A stretch of 38,959 nt of DNA from Octopus bimaculoides (Eukaryota). Numbering within the stretch: position 1 is the stretch's first letter; each line of letters begins with the position of its first letter. Positions 22,674-35,047 of the stretch are shown here, piece after piece. The position numbers and the translations under genes were made by a program. The stretch is from contig NC_068989.1 in NCBI RefSeq assembly GCF_001194135.2, forward strand, positions 15,176,653 to 15,215,611, written 5' to 3'. The notes below the pieces were generated by a model. The model was not told the origin of the DNA. It was given only the letters and a program-made list of their open reading frames with translations, and ran no database searches.

Positions 22674-24721
22674 GTAAGTAGTTTTTGTCTTCTTTATTTA
22701 AACGATGTTTTGTCATAAATATTGATTAAATGGAATGTAGTCTTGGGTTGTTTAGATTGTTTGGTGGGCGTGTGTACTTAGACCTCTACTTTGTATCATT
22801 TTTATCCCGTAGTTTGACCCCCTCTTGTATATTCGGTATATTCCGTTGTAAATACGCAAAGCTAAATATTACAAAGCCCTTAATTCTTGCTCATCTGATT
22901 AAATAATTTTGTTAAGTCTTTTCCGGCAGTATTGCTTGGTTTGAGTCATGTAGTTACGATTCAGAAGACGATAAACAAATGCCAAGAAAACGAACAGAAT
23001 AAAATGAGCTACTTGGTTCCAAAGGGTTCTGGTATTAAATAGAGCAATAGAATATACTTAAAATCATCTCGATATGATCAAGATATCCTATTTTTTATTA
23101 TAAAGTTAGTCTTCCTCTTATTGTCATGTTTCTTTTTATACACTAATTCAGTCTGTGCGAGTTTATGCTGTTAAGCCAGGAAATGTGATCAACAATTAGT
23201 TTTTAGGGTATATTCTAGGGAAAACTTACAGATATTAATTTGTTTCTAAAAATTTCTTAATTCAGAATTTTGTCGGGCATTTTAAAGACAAATTGCACTT
23301 TGTACTTACATTCTTAAACCGAAAAACATGAAAATATATAACAAAACTCCGAAAGATTTTCATTTAAGCACATACAAACTAATTTCCAAATATTTAGCAA
23401 AAACATGTCCAACTATAAAATATTAGTTGTGTAAGTTATTGCTTTATCACTTTCCTATTTAGCAAAAGTCAAACAATAATTGATAAGTGCAATCTAAATT
23501 GAATAAAGTATTAAAGTTATCCTCCTCAATCTTTACTATTTGACCTGCCCTATTTATCGTTCTAATGTCTAATATTGGTGAAAAGTTCACAAATATTATA
23601 ATTTCTGTTTCGACTGTAAGGAGATATCATAATCCCTAACAAGTTCCTATTAAAAATCTGCAGTGCTAATTATTCAAATTTGAGATCGTTAAGTTTGATA
23701 TAATGTCTTAGCATAATATTTGGTAACATTCTCTTAATGATTTTAATGAAATCATGTTGTCTCACAACACCGGAGGTGTATGATGGCAGGCTGGACTCGT
23801 TGGGCATTTCATACTTAGAATACACAAGAAATTATCGTAAATATTGTTATCTTTCATGATCATTGAAAGATGTAGACACATCATCATCATTATCATTTTA
23901 ACAACCATATTTCCATGTTGATATGGGTTGGATAGGTGTGCAACATAGAATCCTCTTAATCCTGTACCATTTTGCTTGCAGGTCATAACGTTTTCAGATC
24001 TAACCAAATACACTTCTCCCATGGTCTTACTCTACTGCACATAGTATTTTCTCAATCATTAATTGTCTGCACCAATGCATTATATGTCCTACACTTACTG
24101 TCTGATACCATTTAATATCCAGCTGCCCTCAACTCGTTTGTGCTGTGCTTTTTATGCAAATTAACATTGCACAATCAATTTATCATACTCATCTAATTTC
24201 TCTGTATGTACTCTATAGATTTTCCACAGAAATTGCTTATGATTCGTTACCAACCAGCATCATACATTTTACAAATGCTTCATATAGTTTTTCCTTAAAT
24301 GCCTTCTATCCTTTCTCTTCCTACATCTACACTACACCCACCTTCAGCGCTTAGATATCACTTAGATAACAGAAACTGCTACAACAATCTTCTACTTGAA
24401 TGATGCTCCTCCTGCTAATCATTGAGGAAGAGACTCTATGTAGTTACTTGTTCTACTAGAAATAACAGCCAAATCTTACTAAAACCATGTCTTACTTTCT
24501 AAAATAAGGAAAAAAGAAAGAGAATAATGTAATCTTAGACATACATAAAATAACAGGATGATCATGACTTGAATGCTTTCAGTTATAAGTCTACTTGATC
24601 AGGGTTGACTTGTGGCTAAACATCTAAAATAGCACATCTGAAATATTTATTCTTCCTCTGTACTGCTGCACCTTTTGTGTACTTGTTACATGTGCCTAAA
24701 CACACAGTATTAAGTTCTTAT

Positions 24722-24893
24722 GTGGAGGCGCAATGGCCCAGTGGTTAGGGTAGCGGACTCGCAGTCATAGGATCACGGTTTCGATTCCCAGACCGGGTGT
24801 TGTGTGTGTTTGTTGAGCGAAAACACCTAAAGCTCCACGAGGCTCCGGCAGGGGATGGTGGCGAACCCTGCTGTACGGAGTGCCAACAACAAC
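24722..24893 (+). mobile_element. Internally deleted copy of the (AAC)n-tailed SINE
   Basis: Head joined directly to the tail at ctgtac|ggagtgcc, with AC microhomology. Confidence 0.8.
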
Positions 24894-25728
24894 AGCCAGA
24901 GGGACCATGGCCTAGTGATTAGGGTGTTGCACTCACAATTGCATTATTGTGGTTTCAATTCCTGGGCCAGGTTATGTATTGTGTTCTTGAGCAAATCATT
25001 TCATTTCATGTTGCTCTGCAATCTCTTTTGACATCTGATGCGTAGCAAACTGTGCACCTGTTTAAGCAATATTGATTTGGTGAATGGAGTGACCTAAAGT
25101 ATAGCACAAACATTTGATCACTATAAATAAATCACCTGTGGGGTTGTTCAGCAAGGTTTTGCGGAACCCTCATCTGTGGTCTATGACAAGAAAGCTCACG
25201 GTCAGAAGAGAAAGAGCAGCCAGCACCCATGACCATCTTTGGGTTCTTTGAAACTAACAGAAAAAAGGGAAGTAGCTATACTTTGGTCAGAGATCTGGAC
25301 TGAAGGCTTGCAACAAAGTGGACTCTGTTAAAGGCACCCAAAAATCAGGGGTTGGTATTAAACTGGCTGATGGAGACAAAGTCCTAAACTAAAAGGAATG
25401 TTTGTTTTCTGGAGAATATTGTGGTGGTGTTGTGGCAAAGGCTTTAAAAACAGTGTAAGCTAATTATAGATCAGATTCACTACATTTTGATTTGTGGTTG
25501 AGAATCATTTTATTTGATTTGTATCGCCAATAAATCTTGTACCTTGGGTAAGTGTTTTCTATTATAGTCCCAACCTGACCAATTCCTTGTGAGGGAATTT
25601 GAAAGATGGAAACTATAGAAAGCCTATTGCATGTGTGTGTGTGTGTGTGTGTGTAAGTTAATATTTTACACTTGTCATTGGTTGAATAAAATAGTGGTGA
25701 TATTGACATTAGTTCAGTTACTGTGCTT

Positions 25729-25972
25729 TAGTGGAGGTGTGTGGCTTTGTGGTTAGGGTGTTGCACTCCTGACCGTAAGATTGTGGTTTCAATTCCTGGA
25801 CTGATGGACACATTGTGTTCTTGAGCAAAACACTTCATTTCATTCCACTCAGCTGGCAAAAATGAGTAACCCTGTGATGGACCAGTGCCCTGTCCAGGTG
25901 GGGAATATATGCTCCATGAAAACCAGTAAACCGTCCCTTGTGAGCTGGTGTGACTCGAGAAGGAGTACTTTT
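25729..25972 (+). mobile_element. Degenerate tRNA SINE with a V-SINE-like central motif
   Basis: tRNA-like head. accctgtgatggaccagtgccctgtccagg resembles, from memory, the CCTGCGATGGACTGG..CCTGTCCAGG motif of V-SINE-type elements. Confidence 0.5.
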
Positions 25973-26030
25973 TTTTAATCACTGTACTTTTGAAGACTTC
26001 TGGAATTTAAAAAAAAAAATTATTTGAAAT

Positions 26031-26430
26031 AGGTGCAGGAGTGGCTGTGTGGTTGGTAGCTTGCTTACCAACCACATGGTTCTGGGTTCAGTCCCCCTGA
26101 GTGGCACGTTGGGCAAGTGTCTTGTATTATAACCTCAGGCCGACCAAAGCCTTGTGAGTAGATTTGGTAGACGGAAACTGAAAGAAGCCCATCGTATATA
26201 TGTATATATATATGTGTGTGTGTATATGTTTGTGTGTCTGTGTTTGTCCCCCCAACATTGCCTGACAACCGATGCTGGTGTGTTTACGTCCCCGTAACTT
26301 AGCGGTTTGGCAAAAGATACTGATAGAATAAGTACTAGGCTTACAAAGAATAAGTCCTGGGGTCGATTTGCTTGACTAAAAGCAGTGCTTGAGCATGGCC
26401 ACAGTCAAATGACTGAAACAAGTAAAAGAA
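26031..26430 (+). mobile_element. Abundant ~400-bp SINE with an internal (TA/TG)n microsatellite (AGGAGTGGCTGTGTGG family)
   Basis: Full-length copy ending gactgaaacaagtaaaaga; many other copies in this window. Confidence 0.85.
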
Positions 26431-26705
26431 TGGGTAAGTGTTGGCAACAGGAAGAGTATCTTTTCATAAAATACTGCCTCAAATAATGCTCTGTCCAAAT
26501 CCATGCTATCAGGGAAAAATGGATGTTGAATGAATGAAGACAGTATGAGAGATGCAACATTCTATTTTCCCTCCCCTAAACATATTTTTCATACCCAGGT
26601 AAAAATTAGTAATGTTTCTCTTTATCTTAATATGTATTCACCATATGTTGAAATACTCTTCTGTATATGTAATTACATTTGCTTGTTTGTCTTTTTCTTT
26701 TGCAG

Positions 26706-26897
26706 TTGGTGCTAGTTCTTGGTGATTTGCACATTCCACATCGCTGCAATAGCATGCCTAATAGATTTAAGAAACTCTTGGTACCTGGCAAGATTCAGCA
26801 TATTTTATGTACAGGTAATCTATGTACAAAAGAATCATTTGATTACCTGAAGACATTAGCTAGTGATGTTCATGTCGTGCGTGGAGACTTTGATGAA
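26706..26897 (+). CDS. VPS29: VPS29 exon 2 ([43 protein letters not shown]...VRGDFDE)
   Basis: Near-identical to human VPS29. ttttgcag acceptor and gtaagt donor; 192 nt. Confidence 0.98.
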
Positions 26898-27014
26898 GTA
26901 AGTAACACATTAAACTAAATCTGAAGTACTGAGATAAACTCTTGTGTAATTGACGCTTATAATATTAACTGGCATATGAGATGTATTCTTGCATAAGATA
27001 CACTCTCTCTCCCT

Positions 27015-27355
27015 TTCTCTCTTTTACTTGTTTCAGTCATTTGACTGCGGCAATGCTGGAGCACCGCCTTTAGTCGAGCAAATCGACCCCAGGACTTATT
27101 CTTTGGAAGCCTAGTACTTATTCTGTCGGTCTCTTTTGCCGAAGAACCGCTAAGTTACGGGGCCGTAAACACACCACCATCGGTTCTCAAGAGATGCTGG
27201 GGGGACAAACTCAGACACACAAACATATATACACACATTCATATATATATATACATATATACGACAGGCTTCTTTCAGTTTCTTTCTACCAAATCCACTC
27301 ACAAGGCTTTGGTTGGCCTGAGGCTATAGTAGAAGACACTTGCCCAAGGTGCCAA
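27015..27355 (-). mobile_element. Inverted, 5'-truncated copy of the microsatellite-bearing SINE
   Basis: Reverse complement of most of 26031-26430. Confidence 0.85.
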
Positions 27356-28157
27356 CAAATATATTTTGTGGAAAATATAAGGACACAGATTGTGTCGTAT
27401 AGCCAGCTGGAGATGTCTCTTGGGCCTAAATTACAGCCACATTCGTCCTAAACCAGGACTGCCATGTTATGTTGGCAAACAATCTTTACTACAAAGTACT
27501 GTTGCTGAATATCTCTCGTTGTGAGATTTAAAAATAGTAATTTTCTAATGGGAAATTATGATGACGAAAATCATGTGAGGACAAAGTTTTAACCTGTTGA
27601 GTATTTTGGAGTTGTATTATTTGCATTACTTACATTTTTGGATAGATCAGAATTATAAAAGCGAGGTACAGGCATGGCTGTGTGGTTAAAAAGTTCAAAT
27701 TGCAATCATGTGGTTTAAGGAAGTCCCATCCATGTGGCATCTTGGGCAAGTGTCTTTTACTATAGTCCTGGGCTGTTCAATGCCTTATGAGTGAATATGG
27801 TAGATGGAAACTATGTGAAAGCCTGTTAGGTATTATATATGCATACATATACATGCACATGCACACACACACACACACACACTTTCAGACAGTCTTTATA
27901 TTTGCATGTGTATGTGTTTTTATGTTTGTTTTCCCACTGCTGGTGGTTGATCAGTTTGTTGTTTGTCTCCCTAAAAAAAAATTAGTTCTGAGGTCGATTT
28001 GACTGTTTAAACATCATTGAAGCTGGTGCCCCAGCATGGCCACAGTTCAAATGACTGAAACAAATAGTAAAGAGTTATTTACCACAGATTCTCTTCCCTT
28101 TATTTCTTTTGTTATTTTTATTGTAACTTAACCAATGTTTTTATTTTTCTCTTGCAG

Positions 28158-28393
28158 ACTCTTAATTACCCTGAGCAAAAAGTGGTGACTGTTGGCCAGT
28201 TTCGGATTGGTTTGTGTCATGGACATCAAGTAGTACCATGGGGGGAAACAGAAAGCTTAGCTATGGTACAACGGCAATTAGATGTAGACATTCTCATTTC
28301 AGGCCACACCCATATATTTGATGCTTTTGAACATGAAAACAAATTCTACATTAATCCAGGATCGGCCACTGGAGCTTATAATGCCTTGGAAAA
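28158..28393 (+). CDS. VPS29: VPS29 exon 3 ([24 protein letters not shown]...ISGHTH...[14 protein letters not shown]+AA)
   Basis: GHTH and NPGS calcineurin-like phosphoesterase-fold motifs. cttgcag acceptor and gtatag donor; 236 nt. Confidence 0.98.
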
Positions 28394-28646
28394 GTATAGT
28401 TTCTTTTATTTGTATTTTTGAAGCTTCTGTGTAATTTGTCAAATCTAGTTATTTGTTTATCTCAAGAGGGTCATTATTCCAATAACAAACACACACCTTC
28501 CCTTCTAAATTTCAGAATTTGTGCCTATACTAGGAAGAATTATTAGTCAATTTGTTAACTTTTAGACAATTAACTAATAAATTGTTTGTCGATTAGTTAA
28601 TTGGTTAAATGTTAAATTTACTAATAATAATAATAATAATAATAAT

Positions 28647-29142
28647 TTTGTCTTGGTATAAAAGATAGGCTACAGCAAATATTCTGCTCAATACCACAGA
28701 TTTGCTTGTCAGTTGTTTGAACTTAACCAGTTGAGCATGTCCCTTGGTGGCTGACGATATGTGCATCTCTGATCATGAGCAGAAGTAGTGGGGGAGCATC
28801 ATAGCCATGTGTTGAGAGGAATTCTTTCGGGTTTGAATAATTCACCTTTGGAAACATGGGTGTTTTACTCAACATCCTTAAACGAACCTTATTCAGGGAC
28901 CTTTTGAGCGGGATAGGCTACTCGACCTGAAGAAAATTCTAACTGGGCCTCACCTGCGAGGTCATGCGCTGTTTATCTTGATATGAGATCACTTTGTCGT
29001 GCATATATGGTTGTGATGCATGTGCCTAGTGTACCCTTATCAGATGGGTAGTCATGATGGGTATAATAGGTTTTGTATATTTTACCCCAGTGCCACTTTG
29101 AGGGCATGCAATGCTCTCTCACTCAATAATAATAATAATAAT
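28647..29142 (+). mobile_element. ~480-bp unclassified retroposon-like segment bracketed by (TAA)n arrays
   Basis: More GC-rich than its surroundings; (TAA)n at about 28622-28646 and 29125-29142. Confidence 0.4.
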
Positions 29143-29422
29143 CATAATAAAAGTGAAATAGAAACTGTGCATGTGTTTATTATTGGCATAATGACCCTCC
29201 CAAGATACACCAGAATTTGTTTTGACTTATGAACTCACATTGAGAATCTTACAAACCTAATTCAAAACCAAAAGTGTTTATTTTATAATTACATGATAGG
29301 TACAGGCATGGCTCTATAATTTATTTTGCTTCTCAACTAAGCTGTTTTGGGTTCATTCCCATTGTGTAACACCTTATCCCTAGATCAACCAAAGCCTTGT
29401 GAGTGGATTGTTCAATGTATTT

Positions 29423-30155
29423 TTTCCATGCTAGCATGGGTTGGACGATTTGACTGAGGACTGGCGAACCGGATGGCTGCACCAGGCTCCAATCTGATCT
29501 GGCAGAGTTTCTACAGCTGGATGCTCTTCCTAACGCCAACCACTCCGAGAGTGTAGTGGGTGATTTTACGTGCCACCGGCACGAGGGCCAGTCACGCTGT
29601 ACTGGCAACGGCCACGCTCAAAATGGTGTTTTTTACGTGCCACCTGCATGGGAGCCAGTCCAGCGGCACTGGCAACGACCTTGCTTGGATGATTTTCTAA
29701 GATGCCACTGGCACAAGTGCCAGTAAGGCGACACTGGTAACGATCATGCTCAAATGGTGTGCCACTAGCATGGAAGCCAGACAGCTGCTCTGGCAATGAT
29801 CACGCTCGGACAGTGCTGTTAGTGCTCCACTGGCACAAGTACCAGTCATCGAATATGGTTCAATTACGATTTCGCTTGCCCCAACAGGTCTTTACAAGCA
29901 AGATTTAGTGTCCAATGAAGGAGAGGTTGGCATGGGTGCCAGTCGTCAAATTTGGTTCGATTTCGATTTCAAATTCAAATTCCCTTGCCTCAACAGGTCT
30001 TTGCAAGTAGAGTTTAGTGTCCAATAAAGTAAAGATACGAATAAGTGAGCTGGCTGCACTTCTGGCAGAGGCCACAGATTATGCTCTCACTTGGCTTGCC
30101 GGGTCTTCTCATGTACTGCATATTTCCAAAGGTTCCGGTCACTAGTCAATGCCTT
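29423..30155 (-). mobile_element. Long RTE LINE 3'UTR copy
   Basis: Reverse complement of 5700-6258, extending toward the ORF2 stop region seen at 10600-10800. Confidence 0.75.
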
Positions 30156-31163
30156 ATACAAATTCACATAAAGAATCTTGCAAACCAAATACAAAAACGA
30201 AATTTGGTTTATGTTGTGAGCACTAATGTTGAATTTCTGGCAATTTCTTTTCCGAGAATTAACAAGTGACTTTGTAGTTATATCATTGGCACTGAATCAT
30301 AATAGTGTTAACTTCTCTCCGGTTGATTTTGCAAAGACCTTTTCTTTTTAGAAGTGTGTATATGAGTGTGAATACTATGAGCTGATGGTGGAGGTTATTC
30401 CCTGGCAAAACTTGATTAAAGAAGATATGAAAGGTAGTGAACCCCAATCTGAGGAAGTTGAGCCTCCCAGAAGTGATGATGCAGGGTTAACCAAAATGGC
30501 AGAATGTTATATTACAGACCTGTTCAACCCATATTTGTATGGAGAATGGACATTTGAATAATGATGATAATGTGGTCTTATAGTCATCAGATAAAATTGT
30601 GACAATGCTTATATCATCATCATTTAATATCTGCTTTTCCATGCTTGCATGGGTTGAATGGACTTTGTTGAGGCAGATTTTCTACAGCCGGATGCTCTTC
30701 CTGTCACCAACTCTCATCTGTTTCCAAGATATTTTCCCTCAGCTAGACATGCCTTTCACGGAAGACTGGAAACAAACAACTTCACTTGTATGATGATGAT
30801 GATGATGATGCTCATTTGTAACCGTCACATGCTGTCAAGGTACACACAATCCAGATACACATCACAGGCTTCTTTCAGTTTCTGTCTACCAAATCCACTT
30901 ACAAGGCCGAGGCTGTAGTAGAAGACTCTTGCTCGAGATACCATGCTGTGGGAGTGACCCCCAAGACCACATTGTTGGGAAACAAACTTCTCAACCACAC
31001 AGCCATGCTTATATACACCTAGGTTATTTAGTTATTTGCCTGTATCTAATTCACAAGCATTTATATGAAACATGTCATATCTAATCATATCCATTATAAA
31101 TATTTTATATTCTGAACTTAACAATTCTATCATCATTATATTTTTTTTCTCCTTTCTTTGCAG

Positions 31164-31281
31164 CAATGTCATTCCTTCATTTGTGATTTTGGACATCCAG
31201 CAGTCAACTGTAGTTGCCTATGTCTATAAGCTGATAAACGACGATGTTAAAGTGGAGAGGATAGAATATAAGAAATCATAG
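31164..31281 (+). CDS. VPS29: VPS29 exon 4 ((N)[38 protein letters not shown])
   Basis: ctttgcag acceptor in phase 2; ends at TAG. Sum 3+192+236+118 = 549 nt = 182 aa plus stop. Confidence 0.98.
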
Positions 31282-31611
31282 AAAATATTGTTATTTATAG
31301 ATAAAGATATGAAGAGAATATAGACTTATGGTGGAGTTTTGTATATTTTAAAAGCCTGACTACAACGGTGGATGTAATTCTACTAAAGACTTCTGAAGAA
31401 CACCAGAACTGATTAAGAATATAAGCCAAGCAAACAGCTCATCTTCTCAACTGTGACAGATTTACAGTTATGGCGAAGGTTTGTTAATGTGGTATAACGA
31501 TAGCATCATCTGGTAAAAATATCCCCAATTATTTGTAAGGAAATCTACTTCTTAAATTCCTACTCATTCTGGCTACATATACATCTCTAATGATTTAACA
31601 GTAACAATATA

Positions 31612-31621
31612 CACACGTGTG

Positions 31622-31685
<64 letters not shown>

Positions 31686-31690
31686 TACAT
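31612..31690. repeat. Compound (TA)n(CA)n microsatellite about 330 nt downstream of the VPS29 stop
   Basis: Directly visible in the sequence. Confidence 0.9.
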
Positions 31691-34007
31691 TCATACATGA
31701 TCTTTATCCAATTTATATATGTATCTAACTGAAATATGCGATCATATTAATATACATATGTATATATATATATATTGAAACACATGAACATATTAAAAAT
31801 TGTAATCTACCACAGTTGTTTTTATAACTGCTAATACTTGTCAGCTTTTTTAGTATTTAAAATAATCTACAAAAACAAGAACAATGTTAAAAATTTGCTC
31901 TACCATTGACATTACTGGTTCATTGTTAACATGATCACCACCCTTACTTTAACCGACCAAATGGTCGTTTTTTTTCTGACTGAATGAAGATGGTTACCTA
32001 TAAACAAATAAACCTCTATAAAGTACCGTTTCAGTCTGTACATGTTAATTATTTATCCTAATTTGTGCTTTGTTTCAGGCATTTGATTGCGGCCATGCTG
32101 GGGCACCGCCCTGAAGAGTTTTAGTCAAACAAATCAATCCCAGGACCTGCTTTTTTTAAGTCTGGTATTTATTCTGTCAGTCTCCTTTGCCGAACCATTA
32201 AGTTACAAGGGCCGTAAACACACCAACACTGGTTGTCAAGTGGTGGTGGGGGGGACAAACTTAGGCACAAAACATATATACATATGTGATGGGCTTCTTT
32301 CAGTTTCCATCTACTAAATCCACTCACAAAGCTTTGGTTAGCTCGAGGCTATAGTAGAAGATGCCCAAGGTACCATGCAGTGAGACTGAACCCAGGACCA
32401 TGTGGTTGGGAAGTAAACTTGTCACACAGCTACTTATGAAACATATAGCAAGTACTCTTTTACTTGTTTCAGTCATACGACAGGCTTCTTTCAGTTTCCG
32501 TCTACCAAATCCACTCACAAGGCTTTGGTCGCCCCGAGACTATAGTAGAAGACACTTGCCCAAGGTGCCACGCAGTGGAAATGAACCTGGAACCATGTGG
32601 TTGGTAAGCAAGCTACTTACCACACAGCCACTCCTGCAGTATGACAGGTATGTTTCAAAACTAGTGTGAGTGCAAGGTATTAAATATCTCAATACCAAAC
32701 TGTAGCATCATTGTTTTAATGTTCATGTTTTCCATGCTTGCATGGGTTGGGCAGAGTCTCTATGGATGGATGCTCATCCTATCACCAATCCTTACCTGTT
32801 TCCAAACAAGGTAACATTTCTCCATGGTCAGATAGGTTTTCGCAGAATATTGGAAATGAATGGCATTCATTTACAACATCATTCAATTCTTTCATCCCTC
32901 ACCACCATTTATTGCCCTATAAACACTCTGCAGCACCACATTTTTCTTGTGTACCTAGATTTTTTTGTCGCCAGAGATAAAAAGAGTCGCTACTCTTAGA
33001 CACACATAAGTCTGTGTTCAGTTTATTTCTCCATAGGGAATTAAGATGGCATTACTTTCAGTATTGACCAGTTCCATACATGCACGCACATGTTTTCACA
33101 TACCACACTAAATTGAAGGAAATAATCTTATTGACTCTTTAGTGACATCAGATCTTATGAATGATGAAAATGATCTGTTGTCTCTAAAGTGTCAAAAATT
33201 TGATAAAATTGTCCATAGAAGGGGGTGTGAAGGATTTGTTTTTAATAACTCATTCTTGAATTGCCCCCTTTCTCTTATTGGTGTACTAAACATTGTGTAC
33301 AAAAGGTATAACCCTATGTTTGCCTCACCAAAATATTACCATGCCCCACGTTGGGAATTACGGACCTAGATTATGTTGAAAGGAATTTTCCTTTTAACTA
33401 GACAGTCAGAAGATTAGTAACCCCACAACATATTGGTTGGAATGTTTGCAACAAAGTGGATTCTGCCAAAGGCAGAGTGTTGGTGTTAAGCAATATTAAA
33501 TTAAGTATCAAATAATATTTCCAATACACCAAGAACTCCATTATAGATACTGAAGGGCAAAGATTTTGGAAAGACATGGAGAAATGGCCCATATGTTTTC
33601 TGGTATCTAGCTCGGTGACTTAATTTCTTAACATCACTAAGTCTAAATAGCGTTAGCAGTATAATTTATTTTACATCATCAAGAATTAACAAAATCTCTT
33701 CCATTTTCTATGCTTTATGCTAAAGGAAAAAAAAAAGTATTGTGCCAAGTTGTAAAAGATGAGCCTAGATACAGTGGGCAAAACTAATTTCAAGTAAAAT
33801 TCCTAATTAACAATAACAACAACAATAAAAGCTTAACATTGATTTTTATTGAAGAAATATTAAAATGAGTGAATAAAAGAAAAAGTACATGACTGGAATG
33901 ATATATCCTGGATGTTTATTCATAACCACTGCAAATAAAAATTAAAATACAAAATGAAGAAAATAAATACAGAAAATTCTTTTAATAATCAGCAAGGAAA
34001 AAATTAC

Positions 34008-34222
34008 ATCTTCAATCTACGGCGCCTCCAAGACCCAATAGAGACTGATCTGAGATCTTCTCTTCGCAGACAATGCTGCTATCGTCGCCCAAACAGAGCG
34101 AGCTCTGCAGCGAATCATGTCCTGCTTTGTGGACGCCTCGCGGCTCTTTGGCCTGGAGGTCAGCCTCAAGAAGACGGAGTTACTTCACCAGCCTGCACCC
34201 CAGGAGGTATACCGCTCACCCC
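34008..34222 (+). mobile_element. Isolated reverse-transcriptase fragment of an RTE/BovB-like LINE
   Basis: FNLRRLQ...DLLFADNAAIVAQTERALQRIMSCFVDASRLFGLEVSLKKTELLHQPAP, the RT FADD motif region, here FADN. GC- and CpG-rich island. Confidence 0.8.
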
Positions 34223-34660
34223 ACTTTTTACTAAAAGTAAGTGAAATACTAAAGAGTAAAACACCACAGGACTAATGCCTACCATTTAGTTTTAATTCTT
34301 GGTTGAGGTCACTTCACATATAATCGATGGTCTTAAGACAGGCATAAGGTTCATAACATCCTATCTTCTATAAATCAGGATCCCATGTACTTTCACACTA
34401 ACGATTGTTTGCTATTCTGAACAATTTGCACTGGTATCAATGACTAACAAAACTTTTCCAAACAATTGTGACCATTCACCTCCACCTGCCAAAAAAGCAG
34501 CTACCTAATCAGATAATTTGATGACTACGAAATTAACAGAACACACCTCAAATTTTTCTACTCTGCAACACAAACCATGATAGTTCAAGACAGCTAACTG
34601 GTGAGAACTTTACTAGTTTTAACAAACTTTGTCAGCAAATGTGCTTCATTTCTGACACAC

Positions 34661-35047
34661 TTACTCTCTTTACTTGTTTAAGTTATTTGACTGTGGCCAT
34701 GCTGGAGCACCGTCTTTTAGTCAAGCTAATCGACCCCAGGACCTATTCTTTGTAAGCCTAGTACTTATTCTATCGGTCTCTTTGGCAGAACCGCTAAGTC
34801 ATGGGGACGTAAACACACCAGCATCGGTTGTCAAGCGAAGTTGGAGGGACAAACACAGACACACAAACATACATATATATATCCGACGGGCTTCTTTCAG
34901 TTTCCGTCTACCAAATCCACTCACAAGGCTTTGGTCGGCCCGACACTATAGTAGAAGACACTTGCCCAAGGTGCCACGCAGTGGGACTGAACCCGGAACC
35001 ATGTGGTTGGTAAGCACACTACTTACCACACAGCCACTCCTACGCCT
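34661..35047 (-). mobile_element. Full-length, low-divergence copy of the microsatellite-bearing SINE
   Basis: Reverse complement of the family consensus seen at 26031-26430; CpGs largely retained. Confidence 0.85.

Noticed and set aside
22674-26705. The 12-nt microexon (AGHR) known from vertebrate VPS29 intron 1
   Set aside because: No AG-12nt-GT candidate encoding a similar peptide was found by eye; absence is not proven.
33000-34660. Possible exons of a downstream neighbouring gene
   Set aside because: No recognisable protein motif or consistent splice chain.
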